Source: Abditibacteriaceae bacterium (GTDB lineage: Bacteria > Armatimonadota > Abditibacteriia > Abditibacteriales > Abditibacteriaceae). Taken from it: 38,732 bases of DNA. A model generated the notes under the pieces. It was not told where the DNA came from. It made no database searches and saw only the letters and a list, made by a program, of their open reading frames with translations. The DNA lies in assembly GCA_031372065.1 (NCBI GenBank), contig JANMKN010000198.1, positions 1 through 38,732 on the forward strand. Direction: 5' to 3'. Below are positions 27,446 to 37,235 of this stretch, one piece after another; within the stretch, counting starts at the first letter, position 1; each line of letters starts with the position of its first letter. A program made the translations under genes and the position numbers.

Positions 27446-27593
27446 CGCTGTAACTGTCGTTTTGCAGCAAGTAGCGGGCGACTTCGGCTTTGGTGCTGCT
27501 GTCTTGCTCTTGCAACAACTGCGTGCCGTCCCACACTTCCAAGAGCGAGACACCGGTTTCCTCGCGCATACGGCGCAGACCATCGGCGGAATA
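27446..27593 (-). pseudogene. RHS stub (148 bp), homologous to 33342-33489
   Basis: Encodes YSADGLRRMREETGVSLLEVWDGTQLLQEQDSSTKAEVARYLLQNDSYS. Confidence 0.9.
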
Positions 27594-27664
27594 GACCACT
27601 ATAACCTGCTTCTCACTAGTTTTTATACACGCCAAATCAGAAAATCTAACACGCCTCACTTGAC

Positions 27665-28297
27665 TTAGTGAATGTTGATGCCAATTCTTGGAGAAACAAC
27701 CTTCTTCTTTAAAACGTAAATATTATCTTTTTTAAGTATTGCGCGAATTTTTGCAGACCAAAGGTTAGCTGGTGGTGGAACTAAAATTGCTTCCACCTTA
27801 TATGCACCCTTGGTCACTTTACGAGGAGGAATTGCTAGGGGATTGACATTGGTCTTGAGAACTTCACCTGGTCGTAGTGTAGTTAAGCCCCACAGTTCAG
27901 TCCTCCTAATTCTTATTTCCGCACCGTAGCTTTCAAGATTTGTGATTAGGTGCCCATTGTTGTCGTAGAAGGCAATTCTCAAATAAAGCGGAATCCTACT
28001 AAAAGCAATCTCCCGGTTACCAGTGTTGTGAATGGAAACCTGAAAAAGCGAACTCCTCAGTTCTTGAGAATAAACTGATTTCGGCCCTTGGAGAGTAATT
28101 ATCAGATCCGTAATAGGATCAGACTTGGAATTAACCACATTCGATGAGACCGTTGGCTGTTGTGCAAACGCAGCATCAGACAAATGGCCATTATCCGTGC
28201 CTTGGTTTAACGTAAACACATTAAAACCAAAATAGAAAGCAACAACCATAGCAGTCAAGTTGACACCCAGTTTTGTTCGATTCACAAAGACCCCCAT
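27665..28297 (-). CDS. Putative immunity protein 3 (secreted or membrane-anchored, beta-rich)
   Basis: AT-rich gene directly downstream of a toxin-like tip, with an N-terminal hydrophobic segment. Confidence 0.6.
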   Translation of the reverse strand: MGVFVNRTKLGVNLTAMVVAFYFGFNVFTLNQGTDNGHLSDAAFAQQPTVSSNVVNSKSDPITDLIITLQGPKSVYSQELRSSLFQVSIHNTGNREIAFSRIPLYLRIAFYDNNGHLITNLESYGAEIRIRRTELWGLTTLRPGEVLKTNVNPLAIPPRKVTKGAYKVEAILVPPPANLWSAKIRAILKKDNIYVLKKKVVSPRIGINIH

Positions 28298-28337
28298 TAC
28301 CCTATGGCTTTCAATTCATAATCATGACCTTACTTCA

Positions 28338-30506
28338 TCATCGCCAACATCTACTCCCATTGCGACCACGAAAACGAATATTATACAAGCAGCAAGCCCA
28401 TGCCTCATTCCTCTGCCTACTAATGTCAGTATCAGAACCACCATGAGAAACCCCACAGGCGTGGGCAAGTTCATGCAAAAACACCGCATCAAATGGTGCT
28501 ATGCTATGATCATAGGCATTGCCGCAGTTCACATGAGTTAAGTCATTCAGACAAATATTAACGACAGGAGAAATTCCTGGATATGGTTGGTTGTGGGGTC
28601 TGGCACCTGGGGTATAGCCACAATTGGTGGAACACATAGGGTCAGCGGCTGTTTGACATTTGACTATGCCCGTTTGGCGACAAAAGTTGCGCAAACATTC
28701 CAATCTGTTTGGTGTAAGTAATTGCAGATTAAGTGCATGGCGACGGCTTGTCTGCGTAATGCAATGATTTATTTGATTAAGAAGGCTTGGTGACCAAGCC
28801 CCCCTTATTGTCTCACAAAAACCTTCCACTTTCCTAACTATGTTGAGTGGGCAATCACTATCATAATTACAATAATGAGGATGTTGAGGTTTTTCTCCAG
28901 AGGAATCGAAGTTGATGACTGGATTATTAAATCCGTAACCATAGGATGTCTCGCCCTGCAATTGTTCCTCCAACCGCGCCTGACTTAGCCACAGGGCCAC
29001 ACCGGGCATATAATTTCGACCATGCAGGCGGCGTGGTGGATTCAAGTTTGGTGCTGGTTGGCCTACAAATGGCCGCCCCGGCTGCCAAGGCATGGGCATG
29101 GATGGCAAGGGCGTGGCAACCGCAGGAGCAGGCATCACTGGCGGCTGCACTATTGACACCTGCGAGAACGATGGTTGCGATGCCATTCCTGTTGGAACAA
29201 TTTGCAAGTGTGCAGAAGAAGCGCGCAATAGCACGGGCAACTGTGGCGCGCTCAGAGAGGCAGGGTTATTCAGCAAAGGAAGCGCACAAGCCTGAGTGGG
29301 AACAGACCAATGCGGCGCGTTTTGCAGCACCACTGGCTCTGTCCAATGGCCGTCTGAGCCTTGAAAGGCAATCTGCACGCGGCCTGCGGGTGTGCCGCTT
29401 AAACGCCAGTTGGCGTCCTTGATTTTTAACTTTGCCATGATTCGTCCAACCTCCAATTTTGCTTTGACGGGCAGGCCCGCCAAATACTGCGGGTATTTGT
29501 CTTGAAACGCTTCCAGCGGCGGCAATTCTTCCAATTCCGCCGCGATGTCAAAAGCACCATCGGTGAACCCGAAAGTGAGTTGCAAGCATTGGTCAATGGT
29601 TTGGCAGATGGCCTTGCGATCCGCGTAACCATACTGCCGCACGCTATCGGCTAACTGCTTTGCCAGTCTGTAAACCTCTGGTAATCCCCGCTCTAACAAT
29701 TTTAGAGCAGAGGCCACTTCTCCAACGCCACGCGGCGATGCCGAGGGTGCGCTTTCTTCGGTAGGATTCAATAGAGACGTGGCAATCGAGAGCGCGACAA
29801 GGGCCGCCTCGCGCCGGTAAGGGGGACAGTAGCCGGACGCGACAGCCGCCGCCAAGGACAAAATCGCTTCTCGTTGCTGCTCTGCAATGATGGTCATGTC
29901 GAAGCCGCGTTCTCGAATGACCTCATTGACCTTGCAATCCAAGACGAAGGACTGCACATATTGAAGCTGCCGCACTTTGCCCGCATCGGAGAGGCTGCGC
30001 AGCGAGCGGTCATCTTCGCAATCTTCCACCAGCGCCAGCCAGACGTGGGCTAATTCATGGGCCAAGATCGTCTCGTGCAGATGGGCCGCGTCCAGAAAGA
30101 ACAGAATTCTGCCGGGGTCAGAGGCGTCGTCCACCCAATGGCCGTGCGCATGGGCCTGCCACGAGCGCAGGTGCGGTAAGGTATCTACGAAGAGCAGGTA
30201 TTTGCTGGTGCAACGGTCCGTTTCGATGAAAAAATCCATCAACCGCTGCGAGAGATTTTGAGGAATGATGATCGGCAGGAGATCACGCGGGTCTTGCGCT
30301 TTGACAGGGCCGTTATCGCGCGCCAGAGACCCTAAATCCGGCGCGAACATATGGCCGTCCACCATCCACTTCATGCCATATTGGTTCGTCATCAGGGCAC
30401 CCATCGGCGGCAGACCATGCTGCATGGCCAGCCGGTTCCTGCGCTCCTTGAGAGCCAGAATGTCTTCTATGGAGAGAGAATTCGGCATCATTTGAGGACT
30501 GTTCAC
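28338..30506 (-). CDS. Chimeric toxin-like protein: HExxH domain, Pro-rich linker, degenerate RHS core end, and Cys-rich HExxH tip
   Basis: LAHELAH, then RNYMPGVALWLSQ...SYGYGFNNPVINFDSSG, then a tip with FLHELAHACG and 15 Cys. The DNA turns AT-rich at about 28930. Confidence 0.75.
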   Translation of the reverse strand: MNSPQMMPNSLSIEDILALKERRNRLAMQHGLPPMGALMTNQYGMKWMVDGHMFAPDLGSLARDNGPVKAQDPRDLLPIIIPQNLSQRLMDFFIETDRCTSKYLLFVDTLPHLRSWQAHAHGHWVDDASDPGRILFFLDAAHLHETILAHELAHVWLALVEDCEDDRSLRSLSDAGKVRQLQYVQSFVLDCKVNEVIRERGFDMTIIAEQQREAILSLAAAVASGYCPPYRREAALVALSIATSLLNPTEESAPSASPRGVGEVASALKLLERGLPEVYRLAKQLADSVRQYGYADRKAICQTIDQCLQLTFGFTDGAFDIAAELEELPPLEAFQDKYPQYLAGLPVKAKLEVGRIMAKLKIKDANWRLSGTPAGRVQIAFQGSDGHWTEPVVLQNAPHWSVPTQACALPLLNNPASLSAPQLPVLLRASSAHLQIVPTGMASQPSFSQVSIVQPPVMPAPAVATPLPSMPMPWQPGRPFVGQPAPNLNPPRRLHGRNYMPGVALWLSQARLEEQLQGETSYGYGFNNPVINFDSSGEKPQHPHYCNYDSDCPLNIVRKVEGFCETIRGAWSPSLLNQINHCITQTSRRHALNLQLLTPNRLECLRNFCRQTGIVKCQTAADPMCSTNCGYTPGARPHNQPYPGISPVVNICLNDLTHVNCGNAYDHSIAPFDAVFLHELAHACGVSHGGSDTDISRQRNEAWACCLYNIRFRGRNGSRCWR

Positions 30507-30518
30507 TTGCCTATGCTC

Positions 30519-30629
30519 CGTTTTGCAGCAGGTAGCGCGTCACTTCTGCTTTGGTGCTTGAATCCTTCTCCTGCAACAACTGCGTGCCGTCCCACACTTC
30601 CAAAAGCGACTGTCCGCTTTCTTCGCGCT
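30519..30629 (-). pseudogene. RHS stub (about 111 bp)
   Basis: Encodes REESGQSLLEVWDGTQLLQEKDSSTKAEVTRYLLQN, followed by GA and a stop. Confidence 0.88.
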
Positions 30630-30675
30630 GACGACATAATTTACACCTGAATAAGTTGACATTGCTATAGGCTCT

Positions 30676-31002
30676 CTATGGTTTATTAGTGTTGTCGGAC
30701 GGCTGACGACTCCTCACCTTTTTAGCTCTTATGTAAACCAAAATTGTAAAGCCCAATCCTCCTAAAAAAATATATAAATTACTTTGCCGGTGACTGAAAA
30801 ACAATCCAATTAGGCCACACAGTATTACGCCCATCATAAGACGCAAACTAATACCCTTGTCGGAAAACATAACGGCACCGATTAGGCTTCCGAAAAACAC
30901 TGCCTCAACGGTAGTCATTCCACGAAAGAAACTTGTAACAAGCATTCCCAAAAACAAAGCCGGAATGCATATCCATAGCTCTTGATTGTTGGACAACTTC
31001 AT
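30676..31002 (-). CDS. Putative immunity protein 2 (small multi-pass membrane protein)
   Basis: About four hydrophobic segments; starts 12 bp after the orphan tip and is preceded by GAGG. Confidence 0.7.
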   Translation of the reverse strand: MKLSNNQELWICIPALFLGMLVTSFFRGMTTVEAVFFGSLIGAVMFSDKGISLRLMMGVILCGLIGLFFSHRQSNLYIFLGGLGFTILVYIRAKKVRSRQPSDNTNKP

Positions 31003-31014
31003 ACATTCCTCGAA

Positions 31015-32016
31015 TTAAAACAAATTGGAGGGTGGAGAAATATTAAGGTCAGGCCGAGGCTTTCCCTGTCCACATTTTCCACACAAACTGTTTATCGAAA
31101 CTCCCCCAACAGTTATCTGACGAACATCGATATTGTATGCACTTGCCCCTTGTGTTACACAAGCTGCAAATGCATTGCAAAAAACCTTACCCCAGTTTGG
31201 CGTTGATGCAACTGTGGCACACTCAGCATCCACACTGTTCTTAAAAGATAGACCTCCAGCCTGCCAACAATTCTGGCTTAGTAAAGCGGATGAACTCATA
31301 CGGTTCAGAAATAAACGACGAGCAAGGAAGCCAAAATAGCATGCAATACATGATTGGCTTGAAGTCAGCAAGATTTGAGACCTTAGTGCGTCATTCATAC
31401 AATTCCACTTGTCACAGAACGAGCAGTTCCTACAAAACCACTCACAAGTTCCCGCTGCAATAACGATAGCAGCCAACTTCACCCCACAGGCAGTGCCGCA
31501 AAATGTCTGTAATAGTGGAGGAACCCGCAAACCTATCGGATCAAATTGGATAACCGGATTATTCTCCACATACCTCCACAGATTCCAATCCCCGCCCCTA
31601 AACCCAATCGGGTCTTGGCTCAGCCAGCGCCCTTGTGTGCCGCTGAGGTGTCGCGCCTTGACCCACATCCGGCTGTCGGCATCCCACTCGTAGCCGTAGA
31701 AGGCGCCGAACTGCATCAGGGTGCTGCCCGCGCCACTTGACGCCTGCTTCTGCCCGAAGGCGCGATAGAGCAGGCTCAGGTTGCTAGTGCCGTCGCTGTT
31801 GAGCAACAATCGCGTGTTGCCCTGCACATCGTAGCCGAAGAAGCGCCAAGTGTTGTCACTCGCCAGACGCTGCGCCCGCAGGCCGCTGTAACTGTCGTTT
31901 TGCAGCAGATAGCGCGATACTTCGGCTTTGGTGCTTGAGTCCTTCTCCTGCAACAACTGCGTGCCGTCCCACACTTCGAGCAGCGAGACGCCCGTCTCCT
32001 CGCGCTTGTGGCGCAA
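31015..32016 (-). CDS. Orphan RHS core with Cys-rich C-terminal tip
   Basis: About 460 bp (31556-32016) is near-identical to 33014-33474. QDPIG...NNP....DPIG is followed by an unrelated tip with 15 Cys. Confidence 0.88.
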   Translation of the reverse strand: MRHKREETGVSLLEVWDGTQLLQEKDSSTKAEVSRYLLQNDSYSGLRAQRLASDNTWRFFGYDVQGNTRLLLNSDGTSNLSLLYRAFGQKQASSGAGSTLMQFGAFYGYEWDADSRMWVKARHLSGTQGRWLSQDPIGFRGGDWNLWRYVENNPVIQFDPIGLRVPPLLQTFCGTACGVKLAAIVIAAGTCEWFCRNCSFCDKWNCMNDALRSQILLTSSQSCIACYFGFLARRLFLNRMSSSALLSQNCWQAGGLSFKNSVDAECATVASTPNWGKVFCNAFAACVTQGASAYNIDVRQITVGGVSINSLCGKCGQGKPRPDLNISPPSNLF

Positions 32017-32083
32017 TTATTCTTAGAGTTCCTAAATAAAAGCGATTTTACCTTTGCAACACACAGGGATCAGGTTGTTTTAT

Positions 32084-32488
32084 TTACGAACTCCAAGGAT
32101 TAGGATTACCCGTCCGTTTTACGCGCATTTTATGAACTACAAAAGTAACAGGGACGGATGCGATCAAATTGACTCCACTGATTATGTTCACAGTCGCCCA
32201 AACCGCTCCATAGAATGCTAATACTGGAGGCCATACTTTTAAAGATAGAACGAAAAAAAATACACGAGAAAAGAAACTGGCTTCTGGCAAAAGGAGATAA
32301 GAGATCGTCAAGCCTATCGTGTCAATTGGTGATCTTAGGTATATTAAGAAGATACCTAAGCGGACAAATGTGAAAATGGCAAGCACCCAAACATAGTCGG
32401 TCTGCACCCTCTGCCAGCGCCCAGTTCTGATTTTATCAAGGCTGTGACTGATCTCATCGTCTCCCATAAATAATAAAGTGCCCACCAC
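32084..32488 (-). CDS. Putative immunity protein 1 (membrane)
   Basis: Hydrophobic, AT-rich ORF directly after the main RHS gene; start uncertain. Confidence 0.6.
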   Translation of the reverse strand: MVGTLLFMGDDEISHSLDKIRTGRWQRVQTDYVWVLAIFTFVRLGIFLIYLRSPIDTIGLTISYLLLPEASFFSRVFFFVLSLKVWPPVLAFYGAVWATVNIISGVNLIASVPVTFVVHKMRVKRTGNPNPWSS

Positions 32489-32535
32489 AAAATGCGCTTA
32501 CATAAGCGCACAGGAAATACCCGACCACCACGCTA

Positions 32536-35500
32536 TCAAGAAATTGTAGGAGGGGTTGGCAAATTCGTTCGTCCGCATTTAGCTCCATCAAGCAGTGCAT
32601 TATTCCGACAAGCAATTGAGCCTTTACCTTGCATATTACAGCAAATCTCCAGCATTTCCACACAATCTCGGCAAGCTTGACTTACCGTCCCTGACGTGGC
32701 GTTTTTGGCATATTGTTTACAGGGCGTTACACCAGCTTGCCACCCGTAAGCCTGACATGGGGAAGCACCAGCCGCACAGGCAATTGACTCGCAGTTACCA
32801 CTAAATCCCTTTCGCAACAAACATTGAGCAATTCCCCACCACTTTTCAGCTCCTGCTTCTGCGACACATTGGATTATGTCAGCGGTTGTTGGAGCCTTCA
32901 CGGGTGGCGTTTTATTTCCACATCCAGGTAAAAATATGACACCAATCGCGATTACAATTCCTATTGCAATTGTAATTGGATCAACCTCTCCAGATGGATC
33001 AGAGAATTTAATAGGATTATTCCCCACATACCGCCATAGATTCCAATCGCCACCCTCGAACCCAATCGGGTCTTGGCTCAGCCAGCGCCCTTGCGTCCCG
33101 CTGAGATGCCGCGCCTTGACCCACATCCGGCTGTCGGCGTCCCACTCGTAGCCGTGGAAGGCGCCGAACTGCATCAGGGTGCTGCCGCTGCCCGCAGACG
33201 CTTGCTTTTGCCCGAAGGCGCGGTAGAGCAGGCTCAGGTTGCTGCTGCCATCGGCGTTGACGAGCAGCCGCGTGTTGCCCTGCACATCGTAGCCGAAGAA
33301 GCGCCAAGTGTTGTCACTCGCCAGACGCTGCGCCCGCAGGCCGCTGTAACTGTCGTTTTGCAGCAGATAGCGCGTCACTTCGACTTTGGTGGTGGAATCC
33401 TTCTCCTGCAACAACTGCGTTCCGTCCCACACTTCCAAGAGCGAGACGCCGGTTTCCTCGCGCTTGCGGCGCAAGCCATCGGCGGAATAAAGGTAGGTCG
33501 AACGCGCGCCGCTCGGATAGGCGACATTCGTCAGGCGGTTCTCTTCGTCCCAAGTGTAGGAAGTCAAAGCACCACCCGCGTTTTGCAGTGTCTGGTTGCC
33601 GTTTTTGTCGTAGGAGTAAGTCGTGATGGCCGCGCCCGTCTGCTCGCTGCTCAGTTGGTTGGCGGCGTCATAGACGTAGCTGGTGCGCACATCGCCGGAG
33701 TTCACCTGCGTTAAGCGGTTGCCCAAGCCGTCGTAGGTGTAGGTGGCGCGGTAGCCGCTCGCGCCATCGCGCCATTCACTCAGCAGTTGGTTGGCCCGGT
33801 CATAGCTGTAGGTGGTGCGCGTGCCGTCCAACTCGGCGATGTTGGAGAAGTTGCCCACCCGGTTCAGGGTGCCATTGAAGTTCACGATCCCCACATTGGG
33901 GCCGGTCTGGTAGGTGTAGCGGCGATACAGTTGGCCCGCTGCGTCATAGGAGGGTTCCATCTGCTGGTTCGGCGTGGTCGAGCTTATATGGGTGTAGCCC
34001 AGACGACCCAGACGATCCAGCAAATCATAGCAACTGGCCCCGCCCGGCCCGGAGATGTCAATCCGCCGGTGGGTTCGGCCATCGGTGCTGTTGTAAGCGT
34101 AAGTGGTGCGCTGGTTGTCCAACTCCACCAAGGCGGTGCGCCGCCCGATGCCGTCGTAGCTACTGGTCAGAATCGCCCCGGCGCTGTCCTGCACGTTGAG
34201 CAGTTGCCCCAGCGCGTCGTAGCTCAGGCTGTAGCGGCCACTGCTGTCCTGCCACGCCGTTTCCAAGCCGCGCGCGTCATACTGGTGCGTCACCCGCTTG
34301 CCACCCGTATAGGCGACGGTGGCGATGCGGTCCAGCGCGTCATAGGCATAGCTGGTGATCTGGGCGCGCCCATCGGTGCGCCCCGTCTGGTTGCCCACCG
34401 CGTTGTAAACGTAGCTGGTGCGCCGCCCCAGTGCGTCCTCGTTGGAGAGCAGGCTGCCGCGCGCGTCGTAAACCATCGTCGTCATGCGCGCGTTGGCGTT
34501 CAGCAAGGTCGTCAGGCGTCCCACCGCGTCGTAAGAAAGCGTGGTGAAGTAGCCGCGTTGATCCTGCTCGGCCACCATGCGGCCCCCAACGTCATAAACA
34601 TTGGTGGTGGGATAGCTCAACTGGTTCAGGCTGGCTACCGCCTGCCCCGCCGCGTCGTAGACCGTGGTAGTGAAGTAGCCTTTGCCGTTCTGCACCGCTG
34701 TTTGGCGCCCCGCCGCGTCGTAAACGCTGGTGGTGCGCTCGTTCAGCGCGTTCTGCACCGCCACTTGGCGCCCAACGGCATCGTAGCTGAAGGTCGTCAG
34801 TTGCACGTTGAACTGCTGCACGCTTTGCAGGCTGCCGCGCGCATCGTAGCTGCTGGTCACGCGGTAATCGCTGGCATCCTGCACCGCGATCTGCCGCCCC
34901 GCCGCATCGTAAAGAAAGCTGGTGCGGTAGCCGAGCGCGTCGTAAGTGGCGCTCAGGCGTCCGGCCAAGTCATAGACCGTGGTGCTGGCGTAGCCCAGTT
35001 GGTCTATGCTGGCGACGGGCCGGTTCAGAACATCGTAAACGCTGGTGGTGATGTAACCCAAAGCGTCCATGAAGGTGACCGGACGCCCGGCGATGTCATA
35101 GGCGGTGGTGCTGCGCCGTCCCAGTGCGTCCACGCTGGCAACCGCGCGCCCCAGCAGGTCATAGACCGTGGTGGAGATAAAGCCGAGCGCATCCATGAAG
35201 GTCACCGGACGCCCCGCCAAGTCGTAGGCGGTGGTAGTGCGGTTGCCCAACGCGTCAATGCTGGCCTGCGGGCGACCCAGAGCGTCATAGACCGTGGTGT
35301 TGATAAAGCCCAGCGCGTCCATGCTGCCCACCGGGCGGCCCGCCGCGTCATACAAGCTGCTATGGATGCGGCCCAGCGGGTCGGTCACGCCGAGCAATCG
35401 GCCCGCGTTGTCGTAGGCGAAGCTGGTGACATTACCCAGCGCGTCCTGTAGGGTGGCCGGCTGGTCGAAGACGTTGTAAGTGGTGCTGGTGCGATTGCCC

Positions 35501-37095
35501 AAAGCGTCAATGCGCACCAGAAGGTTGCCTACGCCATCGTAAGCCATCGTGGTGACGAAGCCCAGCGCGTCCATCATCGTCACCGGGCGGTTCTGCGCGT
35601 CGTAAGCCGTCGTCACCCGCAAGCCCAGCGGGTTAGTGCGCGCGATGACGTTGCCCGCCGCATCAAAGCTGCTCGTCACCCGCTGGTCCAGCGGGTTGGC
35701 GGCGCTTTGCATATTGCCGAGGCTGTCGTAATTGTAGGTGGTGCGCTGGCCGAGGGCGTTCTGCACTTCCACAAGCTGCCCGCGCCCGTTGTAGGAGTAG
35801 GTCGTCGCCTGCCCCAACTGGTCAATCGAAGCCTGCAAGCGCCGCTTGGCGCCGGTGGTGTCAAAACTGCTGCCGCCATAGCCCCAGATCATCGTCGTCA
35901 TGCTGCCGTCGGCATACTGGATGGTGGTCGGGTTGTTGTAGGCGTCATGACTGATCGTCGTCACCGCGCCGTAAGGGTCGGTCTTGGCGGACGGGTTGCC
36001 AACGCTGTCATAGGTCGTGCTCCAAATGGCGCCGACCATGTTCTGGCGGCTGATCTCCTGCCCTTGCAGGTTGCGGCTGACCGTGGTGACGTTGCCGGTG
36101 GCATCGGCCACCGCGCGCAGCTTGTAATCGCTATAGAGGCTTTGCGTCACCACCACGCCGGTGGCGTCCTGCGCCACCATCTGCCCGTTGCTATAGGTGT
36201 AAAGGCTGGTGCCCGCGCCCGCCACGGTGCGCTGGTAGACGCGCCCCGACACGTCGTAGGCATAGGTCGTGGCATAGCCGTTCGGGTCGGTGATGCGTGA
36301 GAGCACCGGCACGCCGCCGATGCTATCGTAGCCATAACCGGTCTGGCAACCGCTGGGGCCAATCACCGTGGCTAACACCGGCTGGCTCGCCACGCTCAGG
36401 TATTGGAAGGTGGTCAGGCGCTGCGCCCAGTCCTGAATGCTTTCCAGCATACCGGCATAAGTGCCGCTGGGCGCGTAGCTGTATGTCACCCTGCGGCCCA
36501 GCGTGTCGCGCAGCGATTCCAGCTTCTGGCTGCCGTTGTAAACGAAGGTGTGGCGGTTGCCCACCGCGTCGGCGGCATAGGCAACCGAGGTAATCTGCGC
36601 GGTCGTGTTGTAAGGGTAAACCGTGACTTTGCCGTCGAGACTTTGCTCTTGCCAGTAGTCGCTCCCGCCAGAAGTGAAGGTCGTCAACGTATTCAACAAG
36701 TCCGAGGTGACCGCTTCATAGGCGCTGCCGTTTAGTTGGTAGTTGCCAACCGAGCCGTTGCCGCGCGTCAGGGTGACGTAGGTAGGAGTGCCCGAAGCCT
36801 GCGCCGTCAGTTGGGTGCTGATGGTGCGCCCATAGCCATAGAGCGCGTTGCTGGGCGCGTTGATCGCGCCGGTATTGGCGTTGGAAAAATAAGCAATGTC
36901 CACATCCATGCCAGGGCTGGGCAAATGAATCTCTGGGTCCACGCGCAGGTTGCCATCCGGCTCTGGCGCGACGCGATAGGCCGCGCAGTTGCGGCACGAC
37001 TCAGCAGGCGCCGAGGGCAGACCCAGCGCCTGCGCGCTTAACGAAAGTTCCAAAACGCCGATGCCCAGCTTTTCAACGTCAATGATTCCCAGCAT
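32536..37095 (-). CDS. RHS/YD-repeat protein with Cys-rich C-terminal tip
   Basis: Many 21-aa TT.YD..GR.....DALG repeats. Core GRWLSQDPIG...RYVGNNP....DPSG, with DPSG at 32989-33000 and a ~150-aa tip. Confidence 0.95.
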   Translation of the reverse strand: MLGIIDVEKLGIGVLELSLSAQALGLPSAPAESCRNCAAYRVAPEPDGNLRVDPEIHLPSPGMDVDIAYFSNANTGAINAPSNALYGYGRTISTQLTAQASGTPTYVTLTRGNGSVGNYQLNGSAYEAVTSDLLNTLTTFTSGGSDYWQEQSLDGKVTVYPYNTTAQITSVAYAADAVGNRHTFVYNGSQKLESLRDTLGRRVTYSYAPSGTYAGMLESIQDWAQRLTTFQYLSVASQPVLATVIGPSGCQTGYGYDSIGGVPVLSRITDPNGYATTYAYDVSGRVYQRTVAGAGTSLYTYSNGQMVAQDATGVVVTQSLYSDYKLRAVADATGNVTTVSRNLQGQEISRQNMVGAIWSTTYDSVGNPSAKTDPYGAVTTISHDAYNNPTTIQYADGSMTTMIWGYGGSSFDTTGAKRRLQASIDQLGQATTYSYNGRGQLVEVQNALGQRTTYNYDSLGNMQSAANPLDQRVTSSFDAAGNVIARTNPLGLRVTTAYDAQNRPVTMMDALGFVTTMAYDGVGNLLVRIDALGNRTSTTYNVFDQPATLQDALGNVTSFAYDNAGRLLGVTDPLGRIHSSLYDAAGRPVGSMDALGFINTTVYDALGRPQASIDALGNRTTTAYDLAGRPVTFMDALGFISTTVYDLLGRAVASVDALGRRSTTAYDIAGRPVTFMDALGYITTSVYDVLNRPVASIDQLGYASTTVYDLAGRLSATYDALGYRTSFLYDAAGRQIAVQDASDYRVTSSYDARGSLQSVQQFNVQLTTFSYDAVGRQVAVQNALNERTTSVYDAAGRQTAVQNGKGYFTTTVYDAAGQAVASLNQLSYPTTNVYDVGGRMVAEQDQRGYFTTLSYDAVGRLTTLLNANARMTTMVYDARGSLLSNEDALGRRTSYVYNAVGNQTGRTDGRAQITSYAYDALDRIATVAYTGGKRVTHQYDARGLETAWQDSSGRYSLSYDALGQLLNVQDSAGAILTSSYDGIGRRTALVELDNQRTTYAYNSTDGRTHRRIDISGPGGASCYDLLDRLGRLGYTHISSTTPNQQMEPSYDAAGQLYRRYTYQTGPNVGIVNFNGTLNRVGNFSNIAELDGTRTTYSYDRANQLLSEWRDGASGYRATYTYDGLGNRLTQVNSGDVRTSYVYDAANQLSSEQTGAAITTYSYDKNGNQTLQNAGGALTSYTWDEENRLTNVAYPSGARSTYLYSADGLRRKREETGVSLLEVWDGTQLLQEKDSTTKVEVTRYLLQNDSYSGLRAQRLASDNTWRFFGYDVQGNTRLLVNADGSSNLSLLYRAFGQKQASAGSGSTLMQFGAFHGYEWDADSRMWVKARHLSGTQGRWLSQDPIGFEGGDWNLWRYVGNNPIKFSDPSGEVDPITIAIGIVIAIGVIFLPGCGNKTPPVKAPTTADIIQCVAEAGAEKWWGIAQCLLRKGFSGNCESIACAAGASPCQAYGWQAGVTPCKQYAKNATSGTVSQACRDCVEMLEICCNMQGKGSIACRNNALLDGAKCGRTNLPTPPTIS

Positions 37096-37235
37096 AATCC
37101 TCTGCTCCCTATCGTCTGCTCCCTACCCTCTGCTCCTTGTGACGCTCTCTGCGGCACTTATGGTTAGCCACCCTGTTTAGCCACCCTACAGGACACAGTT
37201 CCTAATCAACACGGCCTAATCAACACGGCCCTTCA

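Noticed and set aside
27411..27659. Functional 82-aa gene
   Set aside because: It is an RHS stub flanked by unrelated sequence and is treated as a remnant.
31556..33474. Diversity-generating retroelement TR/VR pair
   Set aside because: Differences look mostly synonymous and not adenine-specific, and no reverse transcriptase is in the window. It is an orphan RHS duplication.
33787..35451. 554-aa plus-strand ORF
   Set aside because: It is an antisense shadow of the GC-rich RHS repeats.
34300..35800. 63-bp periodic DNA repeat as a separate element
   Set aside because: It is explained by the 21-aa YD repeats of the RHS protein.
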